Part shown: positions 17,275 through 27,811 of the stretch, piece after piece
How the letters are laid out: each line of letters starts with the position of its first letter
Numbering within the stretch: the stretch's first letter is position 1
NCBI GenBank assembly: GCA_963667195.1
Contig: OY762962.1
Location: 2,515,671 to 2,579,670 of the forward strand
DNA length: 64,000 nt
From: Christensenellaceae bacterium
GTDB taxonomy: Bacteria; Bacillota; Clostridia; Christensenellales; CAG-138
Direction of reading: 5' to 3'
The notes under the pieces: generated by a model
Database searches by the model: none
The model's input: only the letters and a program-made list of their open reading frames with translations
What the model was told of the DNA's origin: nothing
Made by a program: the position numbers and the translations under genes

Positions 17275-17700
17275 ATGACGCTTGAGCAGCTGGACCAATA
17301 CGGGAAACTCAAAACGCGCTGGGGCGTTCTGGACCGTAAAATTAGGGAGCAGAATAAAGAGAAAGTGGATTGCGTTGTTGACATTGTGGAAGGGTCAAAC
17401 AAATCCTTTCCGTTCCAGCGGGTCCATTTCAGCGTCGCCGGTCTGGATCCGGAGCAAATGCAGCGCAAGTCCCTGCAGGTCCACGGATGGATTTGCGAGA
17501 TGGATGAAATTGAAGCCGACATGAGGCAAATCGAAAATTACATTGCCGGCGTTTGGGATCCCATCGTGAAAACTGCCATGGAGCTCTACTACATCACCGG
17601 GGCGACGTGGTCAATGACATCAACAGAGATATACGGAAACGCTGCGCAAAACGATGCTCTGCGGATGGCAGTTCAGCGTTATGTGAAAAATAACCCATAA
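17275..17700 (+). CDS. RinA/ArpU-like late transcription regulator
   Basis: last gene before terminase; ELYYITGATW...ALRMAVQRY. Confidence 0.6.
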   Translation: MTLEQLDQYGKLKTRWGVLDRKIREQNKEKVDCVVDIVEGSNKSFPFQRVHFSVAGLDPEQMQRKSLQVHGWICEMDEIEADMRQIENYIAGVWDPIVKTAMELYYITGATWSMTSTEIYGNAAQNDALRMAVQRYVKNNP

Positions 17701-17720
17701 AAGCATGGTTAACGAAAATC

Positions 17721-17807
17721 TGTTCGTTTTGTTCGCTTTTGAGGTGTTATAATCGAAGCATAGAAATAGCGTTTAAACAGACCCGCTGCGCGCGGGCCTG
17801 TTTTTTT
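17721..17807 (+). promoter_or_regulatory. late promoter with direct repeat, followed by terminator-like hairpin
   Basis: TGTTCGTTT-TGTTCGCTT repeat, TGtTATAAT, then CAGACCCGC...GCGGGCCTG-T7. Confidence 0.55.
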
Positions 17808-17834
17808 ATGCGCAAAAAACGGCGGGTGGTGACC

Positions 17835-18533
17835 ATGGCGCGCGGAAAAATGGAATACTGGGCATCCCCGGAGGGGCTGCGCCAGCTGGAAGCATGGACG
17901 GAAGAGAAGCTGACTGACGTGCAGATTGCTGCTAACGTCGGCGTTTCCCGCTCCACGCTTAGCGAGTGGAAGAAAAAGAACGCGCAAATTGCGGACGCGC
18001 TGGATTTCTCCGAGGAGAAAGTGAATCGCAAGAAGTTTGAATATTGGATGTCGCCTGACGGCATGCTGCTGGTGCGTGCCTGGGCGCGTGACGGGCTCAC
18101 GGATGAAGAACTCGCGGAGAAACTTGGCGTCGCGCGGTCGACGCTCTCGGCGTGGAAGATCAAGTTTCCAACGTTTGCGGCATTGCTGTCACAGACGAAA
18201 GAGATCGTCGACGTGGAAGCGGAGAACTCGCTCATCAAAATGGTGAACGGGTATGGATATACCGAGCAAACGGCTATCAAAGTGAAAACAGAGTGGTACG
18301 ATCCGGACACGGGAAAAAAGACACTCACCACCGAGGAAGTGCTGGTCGTTGACTTGCAGAAATGGCAGCCGGCTGACGTGAAGGCGGCAATCTTCTTCCT
18401 GAAGAACCGCGCCGGAAAGCGTTGGAAGGAAAAGCAGATCATCGAAGTCAACGATCTGAAGAAGAGCGGAGTCAAGTTCACCTTTGAAAAGCTTCCGGAC
18501 GCCGTGGTGTCGGAGGATGAAATCATGGGGTAG
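17835..18533 (+). CDS. prophage terminase small subunit with duplicated HTH
   Basis: two EYW.SP.G....W....LTD...A...GV.RSTLS.WK.K repeats; DVKAAIFFLKNR. Confidence 0.8.
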   Translation: MARGKMEYWASPEGLRQLEAWTEEKLTDVQIAANVGVSRSTLSEWKKKNAQIADALDFSEEKVNRKKFEYWMSPDGMLLVRAWARDGLTDEELAEKLGVARSTLSAWKIKFPTFAALLSQTKEIVDVEAENSLIKMVNGYGYTEQTAIKVKTEWYDPDTGKKTLTTEEVLVVDLQKWQPADVKAAIFFLKNRAGKRWKEKQIIEVNDLKKSGVKFTFEKLPDAVVSEDEIMG

Positions 18534-18541
18534 ACGGAGTT

Positions 18542-19867
18542 GTGAGCTTGGGATTCGAACCGAATCCAAGGCAAATCGAGTTTTTTCGTGCAAGAACCAG
18601 GCACACGGCATATGGCGGCGCGCGCGGCGGTGGAAAGAGCTGGGCAATGCGCACAAAGCTGGTGATGCTTGCCGGGTATTATAAAGACCTTCAAATTTTG
18701 CTGATGCGTCGCACGTTAAACGAGTTGAATGAAAACCACACGAAACCGCTGCAAAGTCGGCTTGCGGGAGTCGCAGAGTTCATAAAAGCGGATCGAGTTT
18801 TCATTTTCCCGAACGGAAGCCGCATCAAATTGGGGTACTGCGACAACGAGCAGGATGTTTACCGCTATCAAGGGCAGGAATACGACGTGATCGGGCTCGA
18901 AGAAGCGACAACGTTCACGGAAAGCCAGATGCAATTTATCACGACGTGTAATCGATCGATTCGAACGGATTTCACGCCGCGGATGTATTACACCTGCAAC
19001 CCGGGCGGAGTCGGTCACAGCTGGGTCAAGCGCCTGTTCATCACGCGGCAGTACAAAGCAAGCGAGCACCCGGAGGATTACTCTTTTGTTCCGGCAAAAC
19101 TTTCAGACAACACGGTTTTGACCAGGTCAAACCCTGAGTACAGGCAAATCCTTGAGAACCTTCCGGATCACCTGCGAAGGGCACACCTTGATGGAGATTG
19201 GGATGCGATGGCGGGACAGTTCTTTGAAGAATTCCGGCGCGACAAACATGTGATCAAGCCGTTCGAGATTCCGAAGAGCTGGCGAAGATTTCGAAGCATG
19301 GACTGGGGCTACGCGGATCCGTGTGCAACGCTTTGGTTTGCAGTGTCCCCTAAAGGCCGCGTTTATGTTTATCGGGAACGATATAAAAACAAAGTCCTTG
19401 CAAAAGACGTCGCGCGGGATATCCGAAATCTTTCGGGTGCGGAGCCGATAGCGTACACCGCAGCGTCACCGGATATGTGGCAGGAGCGCGGGAACACGGA
19501 TATTGCAGGATATACGATCGCAGAAGCATTCGCGGAGAATGGCGTTCCGTTGATCAAGGCGGACAACACGCGCGGCTCAGGTTGGCAGCGTGTGCGGTAC
19601 TATCTTGCGGATATGGAAGACGGTTTTCCGAGGATGCTTATTTTTAACACCTGCGAAAACCTGATCCGAACGATTCCGGAAATGATCTACGATCCGCATT
19701 TTGTTGAGGATGTTGCGGATAATCTCGAAGACCACGCGCCGGAGGCTCTTCGATACGGCTTGATGTCGCGACCGGCGCCGACGATCATCACGATACCACC
19801 AGAACCAAAACCGTACGATCCGTTCGACCTCAATATAAGAGGCGGAAATGGATTCTACAGCGCATAG
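18542..19867 (+). CDS. prophage terminase large subunit
   Basis: YGGARGGGKS, IGLEEA, TCNPGG, MDWGY, DHAPEALRY. Confidence 0.95.
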   Translation: MSLGFEPNPRQIEFFRARTRHTAYGGARGGGKSWAMRTKLVMLAGYYKDLQILLMRRTLNELNENHTKPLQSRLAGVAEFIKADRVFIFPNGSRIKLGYCDNEQDVYRYQGQEYDVIGLEEATTFTESQMQFITTCNRSIRTDFTPRMYYTCNPGGVGHSWVKRLFITRQYKASEHPEDYSFVPAKLSDNTVLTRSNPEYRQILENLPDHLRRAHLDGDWDAMAGQFFEEFRRDKHVIKPFEIPKSWRRFRSMDWGYADPCATLWFAVSPKGRVYVYRERYKNKVLAKDVARDIRNLSGAEPIAYTAASPDMWQERGNTDIAGYTIAEAFAENGVPLIKADNTRGSGWQRVRYYLADMEDGFPRMLIFNTCENLIRTIPEMIYDPHFVEDVADNLEDHAPEALRYGLMSRPAPTIITIPPEPKPYDPFDLNIRGGNGFYSA

Positions 19868-19877
19868 GAGGAAATAT

Positions 19878-21653
19878 ATGGGAATCGGAACTGCTGTCAA
19901 GAAAGCTGCTACCGGCATCGCATCAACGTTAGGATTAAAAACCGAACAGAACCCAGAAGAAAGTGAAAAGGGGAAGATGCTGAACGATCCGGATTTCGTG
20001 CAAAAAGCATACGCGCTTTATAAGGAGTTCGAGAGCGCATACACAGGGGAACGGGCGCGTATTGATCGGTGCGAATTATATTACAACAACAAGCACTGGG
20101 AGGAAGTTGGGAAGAAAGATACAAACGAACCGCGCCCAGTCACTCCGTCGCTTCATTCGGCGATTGAAAGCGCGCAGGCGGAATTCATTGACCGTTTTCC
20201 GCAAGTAAGCATTCTACCGCAAACGAAGGAAGATACAGCGGTTGCAGAGATCGTCTCCGCTCTGATTCAAAAGAATCACGATTCCGCGCATTACAAGAAA
20301 GAGTATGGGCACCTAGTCCACGATCTGCTTGTAAGCGGATATTGCGTTCAAGAAGTGGGATATGATGTTCGCGCGAATCGCGGTCTCGGCGGGGCGTTTA
20401 TTCGGCATGTCGACGTGTACAACATCATGTTTGATCCGCTGGCGACGAAAGACATCCAGGATAGCCGCGGAATATTCAAGGTGTTTCCTCGAACGATCGA
20501 ATCAATTGAGCAGGAGTACCCAGCGTACGCGGGACAAATCTCGACAGATGCGACGGTAGCTCCCCGCGACAAAACAATCACATTTGACAGCACCAAATGC
20601 ACGCTTTTTCTCGAATACTGGTGGCGTGAATTTGATCCAAGAATGTATGAAGGCGTAGGAGGATATCGCGTTCACATGGCACAGCTTGCCGGGCAGCAAT
20701 TGCTTGGTGACAGTCGTATAGAACTTCCTGAAGGGTACTTTGCTGACGGGGAATACCCGTTCGTTGTCACGTATTTATTCGAGCGCAAAGGCACCCCTCT
20801 TGGGACTGGAATGGTTGACGTACACGGCGATCAGCAGCTGATGGCTGACAAACTCGATCAGCAGGTTGCGATCAACGCCGTGATGGCAGGAAAGCCAAAA
20901 CTACTTATAGCCGAGAACAGCGGGTTTGACATCGATGATCTGCGGGATTTCAGCAAGCAGGTGCATAAGGGAACGACAACAAACGGAATTGAGTGGCTGG
21001 TTACACCGCCGCTTCCGGACTATTTGCTCGGGCACATTGAAACTAAGCGACAGAATATGTATGAGACCAGCGGGGCAAATGATGTTAGCCAGGGCAATAT
21101 GAATGCGGGAGTAACATCGGCCCGTGCAATCGCGTCGCTACAGAGTGCGTCGAACAAGCGCACACGTACTGTTTCCGATCGCATGATGGATGATTTCAAA
21201 TGTGCTGTGAACAAGGAGATGGAGGCAGAACGGGAATTCAATGTTGTCACCCGTGAAGTTTTGATCAAGAAGGAGGGCGAACAGCAGCGCGCGGCATTCG
21301 ATTCTAAAATGATGTGGCGCAAAACCGAGACAGGCGCTGAAGTCCCGATGGAGTTTGAAATCAGCATCAAAGTTGAGGTTGAGAACAAGTGGTCTACTGA
21401 GGTTCACAACGACTTTATTCTCAGAGCGGTCGAGGCGGGCGTTCTCACAAAAGAGCAAGGATTTGAATTAATGATCATCGACGGAAAAGAAGCGATTCTT
21501 GCGAAGATGAAAGAGAATCCACCCGCGGTGGATCCTGCGCTGCAGGCGGAGCAGCAAGCAGCACAGCAAGCAACACAGCAAGCCGGGCAGCAGCAGACGC
21601 AGCTTGCCGGGAAGTTACAACAGATGCAACCACCAGAAACGGTGACGGCATAA
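19878..21653 (+). CDS. portal protein (P22-like)
   Basis: follows TerL, about 590 aa, SGANDVSQG...TSARAI. Confidence 0.88.
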   Translation: MGIGTAVKKAATGIASTLGLKTEQNPEESEKGKMLNDPDFVQKAYALYKEFESAYTGERARIDRCELYYNNKHWEEVGKKDTNEPRPVTPSLHSAIESAQAEFIDRFPQVSILPQTKEDTAVAEIVSALIQKNHDSAHYKKEYGHLVHDLLVSGYCVQEVGYDVRANRGLGGAFIRHVDVYNIMFDPLATKDIQDSRGIFKVFPRTIESIEQEYPAYAGQISTDATVAPRDKTITFDSTKCTLFLEYWWREFDPRMYEGVGGYRVHMAQLAGQQLLGDSRIELPEGYFADGEYPFVVTYLFERKGTPLGTGMVDVHGDQQLMADKLDQQVAINAVMAGKPKLLIAENSGFDIDDLRDFSKQVHKGTTTNGIEWLVTPPLPDYLLGHIETKRQNMYETSGANDVSQGNMNAGVTSARAIASLQSASNKRTRTVSDRMMDDFKCAVNKEMEAEREFNVVTREVLIKKEGEQQRAAFDSKMMWRKTETGAEVPMEFEISIKVEVENKWSTEVHNDFILRAVEAGVLTKEQGFELMIIDGKEAILAKMKENPPAVDPALQAEQQAAQQATQQAGQQQTQLAGKLQQMQPPETVTA

Positions 21654-21727
21654 ATAAAAGGCGTTGACGGCCTAACAAACGGTCATGAAGAGCGGGGAAT
21701 AACCCCGCTTTTCATATGGAGAAAAGT

Positions 21728-22639
21728 ATGGAAGACACGGTCAATATGGCAGCCGATCAGGGTGCCACGGCAGGATTTGCCAATGAGTCCGCCTCCGATT
21801 TCGCGTTTCCGGCCGAGCCCGCAGCGCAACCCGCTGCTGCTCAGGCAACGCAATCTGCGGGGCAAAAGGGCGCCGGTGCGGTTGACGCGCAGCGGTCGGC
21901 TGACGCGCGGGGCAATGAGCCGCGCAGAGACTTCCCGAACAGGTTCCAGAACCAAAGGCCGCAAAAGGATATTGGTAAAGCTTTCGGCAAGGAAAGCGAC
22001 CGTGTCCGCACTCAGGAACAGCGCAAATATGAGGAGAAGCTGGCGGCAGACCCTCAGCGCAAGCTTGCAGACCTGATGATTTCTGACGTCATGAGAAGCA
22101 AGGGGATCACTCGCGAGCAAGCACTGACCGAGATCGAGAACGGTTTCTTCGCATCTATCGCAGAGCGTGAAGGCATTTCGATCGGCATGGCTCGCATGCT
22201 CTATGCGCAAGAGCAGCAAGCGAACCAGCGCGCGGCAATGCAACAGGACCCTGTTCAGGAGAACCCACAGAGCGCACAGCAGCAGGGGCAACAGGACAAC
22301 GGAGAAGTGGATCACGCTCAGGAGATCCTTGAAGAGCTTGCGACGATGGATCTCCCGGAAGGGTTTGACCTTGAGGCGGCGGGGGCAGACATCGAGTTTG
22401 CAAAACTGCTTCTGCAATATCCGACAAGCGCAGCGGTTCGTATTTATGCGGCGGAGCAACGCGCGCAAAGCGCAGCGAGCGAAGCCGAAAAAGCGCCGCA
22501 GCAGGTGGCGGATCAGTTGAGATCACGCGCGGCGGTGCCGCAATCCTCGCGTTCATCGGCGGTGGCGGGGCCGCCTGACTTTGCGCACATGACCCGCGAA
22601 GAATTCAAGAAATACCAGAAAGAACACAATCTAACCTAA
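21728..22639 (+). CDS. capsid scaffolding protein
   Basis: helical, precedes capsid gene, ends MTREEFKKY. Confidence 0.7.
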   Translation: MEDTVNMAADQGATAGFANESASDFAFPAEPAAQPAAAQATQSAGQKGAGAVDAQRSADARGNEPRRDFPNRFQNQRPQKDIGKAFGKESDRVRTQEQRKYEEKLAADPQRKLADLMISDVMRSKGITREQALTEIENGFFASIAEREGISIGMARMLYAQEQQANQRAAMQQDPVQENPQSAQQQGQQDNGEVDHAQEILEELATMDLPEGFDLEAAGADIEFAKLLLQYPTSAAVRIYAAEQRAQSAASEAEKAPQQVADQLRSRAAVPQSSRSSAVAGPPDFAHMTREEFKKYQKEHNLT

Positions 22640-22657
22640 CCAAGGAGGTAACAGAAA

Positions 22658-23854
22658 ATGACGATCCTGGCAAAGAATAACTCACTCGAGAACAAGACCT
22701 ATTATGAGCGGAATCTGTTGGAGAATGCCGTCCCGGAATTCTGCCACCAGCTGTACGGTCAAAAGAAATCGATTCCGGCGAACCAGGGCACAAAAGTGCA
22801 GTTCGACCGTTACGAAGCCTTTGACATCGATCAGGCGATGACTCCGCTTACGGAAGGCGAAACGCCTTCACCGCTCAGCATGGTTGGATCAACCATTGAA
22901 GCGGAAGTTGCCCAGTATGGCAGACACATTGTTGTTTCTGACCTGCTGAAAAAGACAAGCTATCACAACATCGTCCAGAAGGCTTCCACGCTTCTCGGAC
23001 AGCTGATCGGCGCGGTGGCCGACCGTATTACGCGTAACGCGATGTGCTCCGGCACGAACGTCCAGTATGCGACCGGCCGCACTAAGCGTCTGGATCTCAC
23101 CGCGAGCGACAAACTCACCGTGCTGGAGATCCGGCGCGCAGTTCGCACGCTCAAGAAGAGCCGTGCAAAAATGTTCAAGACATCGCTTGACGGCAAGACC
23201 CGCCGCGCTCACTTCATCTGCATCTGCTCTCCGGATTCGACGTTCGACCTGCAGAGCGATACGCTCTGGCAGGACGTGTCGAAATACGCGAACGCAGAGC
23301 AGATCTATGACGGCGAAATCGGCCGCCTGTTCGGCGTCGTGTTTGTCGAGAACCCTGAAGCGAAGGTTTACCATCAAAGCGTTTTGACCGCTGTAACGGC
23401 CCACACGGCGGGCAGCGCGGTGGTGACCGTGTCAGCGATCACGGATGCGGGCGCTCGGTACCTTGTTGCGGGCGCGAAAATCAAGATCGGATCGACCGAG
23501 TACACGGTTGCCTCGTGCGACCAGACCGCGAAGACCATCACGCTCAGCGCAACGGTAGCGAGCGCAATTGCGGCAGCCACGCTGGTATACAGCGAGGATG
23601 CAGGCGCGCTTGACGGCACGACGAAAGCCGGACTGGACGTGCATGGAACCATGGTGTTCGGCGAAGGCGCGTATGGCGTAATCGACATCGATGGTGATGG
23701 GACGCCGAAGATCATCCTCAAGGGCCTTGGCTCTGCCGGCGCTGACGATCCGCTGGATCAGCGCGCGACTGTTGGTGCAAAACTTCCAGCGTTTACGGCA
23801 GTTTTGCTCAACAATCAGTGGCTTGTGCGCATTGAGCACACGGTTAGCGTGTAA
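22658..23854 (+). CDS. major capsid protein (N4-gp56-like)
   Basis: LTEGETP, QYG, GEIGRLFGVVFVE, DPLDQR.TVG.K. Confidence 0.92.
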   Translation: MTILAKNNSLENKTYYERNLLENAVPEFCHQLYGQKKSIPANQGTKVQFDRYEAFDIDQAMTPLTEGETPSPLSMVGSTIEAEVAQYGRHIVVSDLLKKTSYHNIVQKASTLLGQLIGAVADRITRNAMCSGTNVQYATGRTKRLDLTASDKLTVLEIRRAVRTLKKSRAKMFKTSLDGKTRRAHFICICSPDSTFDLQSDTLWQDVSKYANAEQIYDGEIGRLFGVVFVENPEAKVYHQSVLTAVTAHTAGSAVVTVSAITDAGARYLVAGAKIKIGSTEYTVASCDQTAKTITLSATVASAIAAATLVYSEDAGALDGTTKAGLDVHGTMVFGEGAYGVIDIDGDGTPKIILKGLGSAGADDPLDQRATVGAKLPAFTAVLLNNQWLVRIEHTVSV

Positions 23855-23907
23855 CACAACAAGGGGGTGGCGAGAGCCATCCCCTAAAACTATTTTAGGA
23901 GGATAGT

Positions 23908-24423
23908 ATGGCTAACAAGAAAGAACAGAATCTCGCGGAAAATCTCAAACCCGAAACGGCAATTACGCCCACGGTACAAACGTCGGATGACGTCGCCGCC
24001 GCTGAAAAAGCCGCTTCTGAAGAACCGAACGCTGACAAGGCTGCCGCCGACGTTGCTGCCGCCGAAGTTGCCGCCGCCGACAAGGCAGCCGCTGCAAAGG
24101 CCGCCGCTGCAAAGGCTAAGCAGGACGCTGCTGCTGCAAAAGCAGCGAAGTCGGAATCTGATGCTGCGCTCAAAGCGATCGAGGATAACACGGCAAGCGT
24201 AGTTAACGCGGATCCGTATGTGACGATCCTCATCACGCCGAAAAACTCGGAAGACAAGCGCGCGGAGGTCTGCATCAACGGCCACTGGTGGAAGATGAAG
24301 AAAGGCGAACGAGTTTCCGTGCCGATGTCCGTCGTTCTCATCCTGCGCGAAAGTGAAAAGGTGCTCATGGAGAACGAGTCACTCATGGGCGACATCGAAG
24401 TACTTGGCCTCGGGCTTATGTAA
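23908..24423 (+). CDS. head-associated protein with Ala/Lys-rich N-terminus
   Basis: ING...G..V.VP domain; homologous to 49812-50090. Confidence 0.7.
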   Translation: MANKKEQNLAENLKPETAITPTVQTSDDVAAAEKAASEEPNADKAAADVAAAEVAAADKAAAAKAAAAKAKQDAAAAKAAKSESDAALKAIEDNTASVVNADPYVTILITPKNSEDKRAEVCINGHWWKMKKGERVSVPMSVVLILRESEKVLMENESLMGDIEVLGLGLM

Positions 24424-24446
24424 CAACCGAAAGGAGGACACCGGAT

Positions 24447-24989
24447 ATGGCGTTAACGCTGGAGCAGATCATATCAAATGCGCTCGGGCAGATCGGAGAA
24501 TCGACCGATGCGCAAAAAACGAGCGAATGGAACGACCCGTTTCTTACATACGCAAATGAAGCTCAGCTCGATCTTGCACGCCGTGTTCGCAGGAAACGAA
24601 CGGATAATCTTGTGGTCACGGGCGGGAAGATACAGCGCTCGGATTTCACGCGTGAAGTCTTGAAGGTGTCCTCCATAAAAGCTGGATCAACGGCGTACAA
24701 CTTCAGCGAGGAAGATCCGGAGGCAGTAACCGTGTCGGGGCTGACATCCGGAACGGTTTCCGTTACGTATGAGTACGCGCCGGCCGACATGAAGGATGGC
24801 CAGGAATATCCTGACATTCCCGCTTCACTGCACGCGGCAATCCCGCTCTACATCTCGTATCGCTACTACATGACCAGAGACCAGAGCAAAGCCCAAATGT
24901 TCAAATACGCATATGACGCGATGAAAAGCGGAGCCAACAGCAACATTGGTGGCGATGATAAGTATTCTCTGCTGAATCTGTTTTCGTGA
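24447..24989 (+). CDS. head-tail adaptor
   Basis: MALTLEQII...YANEAQ.DL...PDIP..LH; position. Confidence 0.7.
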   Translation: MALTLEQIISNALGQIGESTDAQKTSEWNDPFLTYANEAQLDLARRVRRKRTDNLVVTGGKIQRSDFTREVLKVSSIKAGSTAYNFSEEDPEAVTVSGLTSGTVSVTYEYAPADMKDGQEYPDIPASLHAAIPLYISYRYYMTRDQSKAQMFKYAYDAMKSGANSNIGGDDKYSLLNLFS

Positions 24990-24998
24990 GGTGGCAAC

Positions 24999-26909
24999 AT
25001 GGCGCTGAAAGAATATCGCGTTGAAGGGTTCAAGGGAATCGACCAATCTCGGTCTGAAAACATCCTCGATTCCGGATACTCACCAGACGCACAAAACATG
25101 GACACTGAAAACGGAGATCTCGCAGTTGCCAAAGGATACGTCAAGCATATCAACGTACCCGTGCCGGGCACGGGAAGAATACGGAGAATGTATATCTGGC
25201 GCAAATCGAGCGGGGAACTGCTTGTTGTGGTCTCCGGAAACGCGGTTTACTCGTGGACAGGAACAGCGTGGGAAACGATTTACACGTATGCGGTGGAAAT
25301 CACGTCGAACATGTGGGACTTTGAGGAAATTCGCATCGGCACGACGGATTATTTGATCATCGCGAACGGGCAAACGCAGCTGGTCAAGTGGAGCGGATCC
25401 GGCGCGGCGACGCTCTTCGGGTCCGGATCCTACGTATACGAAGGCACGATATCGGCGATCACGTACAACATGCCGAAGGCTACCGCCGCAACATACGCCG
25501 AGGCGAGCGGCGTCGGAACTTACACGCTGACGATGCCGGCCGGATGGGCATACGTGCTCAACGGCGAGATCTCTTTTGTGGTTTCATCCGCCGTCATGAG
25601 TGCGACGTCCATTAAAATCAAAATTGGAACGGCGGAGTACATTGCAAACTACGTACCAACATGGCTAGCAAACGATATCGCCGTCGTAAAGCTGACTTCG
25701 GCTACCACGTGCGATATTTCGCTCACGGTTTATGGAGTTGTCTCGGTTACGCTGGCGACAGCGATCGCGGAACAGTGGAAGCAGCGCACGATCGACGTTG
25801 GGATTCAGCTCAACGGAACCACAAGCGAGGTTTCAGCCGTTGATACGGCAAGAACGCTCGTGACGCTCAAGGAGCCGTTCACGGAATCGCTCGCGGTTGG
25901 CAACACGGCGAAGGTGCGCGGCGGAGTCAGCGACATTGCTGTCAATTTCACCGCGGTCCATTTCAGCCGGTTCTTTTCGGCCGGGGACGCAGCACATCCA
26001 GGGCGGCTCTACTGGAGCCAGCCACCGGGCGATACGCGATCAATTGAAGATTGGTCTGCGGATGATTATTCAGACGTTGCGAGCGGCGGGTTTATCGACG
26101 TAGGAAACACGAATGCGGAATCGATTATCGGCCTTCGTCCGCTTTCAACGCAGCTGCTGATCTTCAAAGAAACGTCGATCTACAGGCTGCTCGGGGATCG
26201 CCCGAGCAATTTTCGTTTGACCCAGGTAAACCTTGATGTCGAGAAGATGAGCAATACGGGGTGCGTTGCATATGGCGACGTGCCTTATTGGCTTACGCGC
26301 TCAGGCATGTACTTCCACAATGGGCAAACGGCCGTTCTATCAGCGGCGGCACGACAGATTCGGGCGCTGCTGGCAAATGCGGACGTGAGCATGTGCAAAG
26401 CGTGCGAGAATCGCGACAGGCTCTATTTCACGCTGCGGCGCGGGGCAGGGCAGTACGATGATTCAATTGTTGTGTTCGACATGACTGAGCGCACGTACAT
26501 GCTCCGGAACGGATTCAACGTGATCGACATCGCCGCCAAAAACGGCACGATGTACATGATCAATGACAGCCGGTATGTCTATCGCTGGGGCGAGGGAACA
26601 ACCTATGACGGGGCTAAGATCGACGCGTACTGGCGAACGCCGGTGACGGATCTCTCGCAGAAATCAATCACGAAGAAGCTTCAGACGCTGTATATGCGCG
26701 GGGAAGGCGATATCGTGCTGATTGATTTCATGGCGGGGAAGTCTAAGCAGGATATCAGGCAGCGAATGCCGGAGGATAATGCCAGCATTCTGAAGGTAAA
26801 GCTGGTAAACAGTGCGAAGTCCTTCGGCATGAAGATCAGCAACGAAGCGGGCGGTTTCTTCCGGCTGATGGGCGGCGTGGAAATCACCTACGAACCACAA
26901 GGAGACTGA
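24999..26909 (+). CDS. tail nozzle / head-stabilisation protein
   Basis: beta-rich; RLYWS, LLIFKETSIYRLLGD; homologous to 50663-52096 with an extra domain. Confidence 0.7.
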   Translation: MALKEYRVEGFKGIDQSRSENILDSGYSPDAQNMDTENGDLAVAKGYVKHINVPVPGTGRIRRMYIWRKSSGELLVVVSGNAVYSWTGTAWETIYTYAVEITSNMWDFEEIRIGTTDYLIIANGQTQLVKWSGSGAATLFGSGSYVYEGTISAITYNMPKATAATYAEASGVGTYTLTMPAGWAYVLNGEISFVVSSAVMSATSIKIKIGTAEYIANYVPTWLANDIAVVKLTSATTCDISLTVYGVVSVTLATAIAEQWKQRTIDVGIQLNGTTSEVSAVDTARTLVTLKEPFTESLAVGNTAKVRGGVSDIAVNFTAVHFSRFFSAGDAAHPGRLYWSQPPGDTRSIEDWSADDYSDVASGGFIDVGNTNAESIIGLRPLSTQLLIFKETSIYRLLGDRPSNFRLTQVNLDVEKMSNTGCVAYGDVPYWLTRSGMYFHNGQTAVLSAAARQIRALLANADVSMCKACENRDRLYFTLRRGAGQYDDSIVVFDMTERTYMLRNGFNVIDIAAKNGTMYMINDSRYVYRWGEGTTYDGAKIDAYWRTPVTDLSQKSITKKLQTLYMRGEGDIVLIDFMAGKSKQDIRQRMPEDNASILKVKLVNSAKSFGMKISNEAGGFFRLMGGVEITYEPQGD

Positions 26910-26910
26910 T

Positions 26911-27099
26911 ATGGCATATGATCTGAGCTCACCTTTTCCGGTACAGCTGCCGCGGAGAATGACGCCGGACGATACACCGGAGGATTACGACACAATGATC
27001 ACGCAGAACACGGACAACATCAACCAAAATTTTACGGAGCACAACAACGCGATTCAGGATATTTTCTTGCGTTTGAAGGCTCTGGAGGAGGGAAAGTAA
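26911..27099 (+). CDS. small coiled-coil virion protein
   Basis: homologous to 52116-52304. Confidence 0.7.
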   Translation: MAYDLSSPFPVQLPRRMTPDDTPEDYDTMITQNTDNINQNFTEHNNAIQDIFLRLKALEEGK

Positions 27100-27789
27100 A
27101 TGGAACAGGCGGCATCCTCGATCAGCATTCCTGCTGATCTTACCGCGCTATACGAGCAGCTGAAAGCCATGCTGCTGCCGGACGCGGCAAAAATCGATTA
27201 CACACCGCGCTCACGTGGGGAGCTGCGCGCGCAGCTTGAAGCAACGCTTATGCCGAACTATCAGGCGGCGGTGAAAGAACGACAGAACAACACCCAGCGC
27301 ACCAACGCGAGCATCGATGCGGATGCAGCTGCGCGCGGGATCGGCGCGTCTACATGGGGCAGCGACGTCAAGAACCGCAACTACGGATCGGAAGCGAAGG
27401 ACATCGCGTCCATGCGCGGGGAGTACAACTCCACGCTTGCGAACAACCTCAACTCGCTGATGAGCGAGCAGGAGTCCCGCAAGCTGTCGGCCGATCAGTA
27501 CAACAAATCATCGGAAGCGTCCGCGCTTTCCAACGCGCTCAGCATGGCGCTGGGCAACTATGACAAGTGGGCTGCGCCTACCGCTGGAGATGGATCAACG
27601 ACGTCTGATTCGACAAAGGAGAAGACGTTCAAGGATTATCTCTCGGAACTCACCTCGAAGAACCCGTACGCTTACACAACGGCGTATGATGCACAGGCGG
27701 TCAATTCCCAGCAGGATCGCAGTGCAGATGTTATTCGAAAATACCGTACCGATAAATACGGCAACGCAAGCCAGATTCTAAGGAACTAA
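27100..27789 (+). CDS. putative internal virion (ejection) protein
   Basis: helical; DADAAARGIGAST; homologous to 52326-53108. Confidence 0.6.
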   Translation: MEQAASSISIPADLTALYEQLKAMLLPDAAKIDYTPRSRGELRAQLEATLMPNYQAAVKERQNNTQRTNASIDADAAARGIGASTWGSDVKNRNYGSEAKDIASMRGEYNSTLANNLNSLMSEQESRKLSADQYNKSSEASALSNALSMALGNYDKWAAPTAGDGSTTSDSTKEKTFKDYLSELTSKNPYAYTTAYDAQAVNSQQDRSADVIRKYRTDKYGNASQILRN

Positions 27790-27811
27790 TCCAGAGCGAG
27801 GAGCCGAAAAC

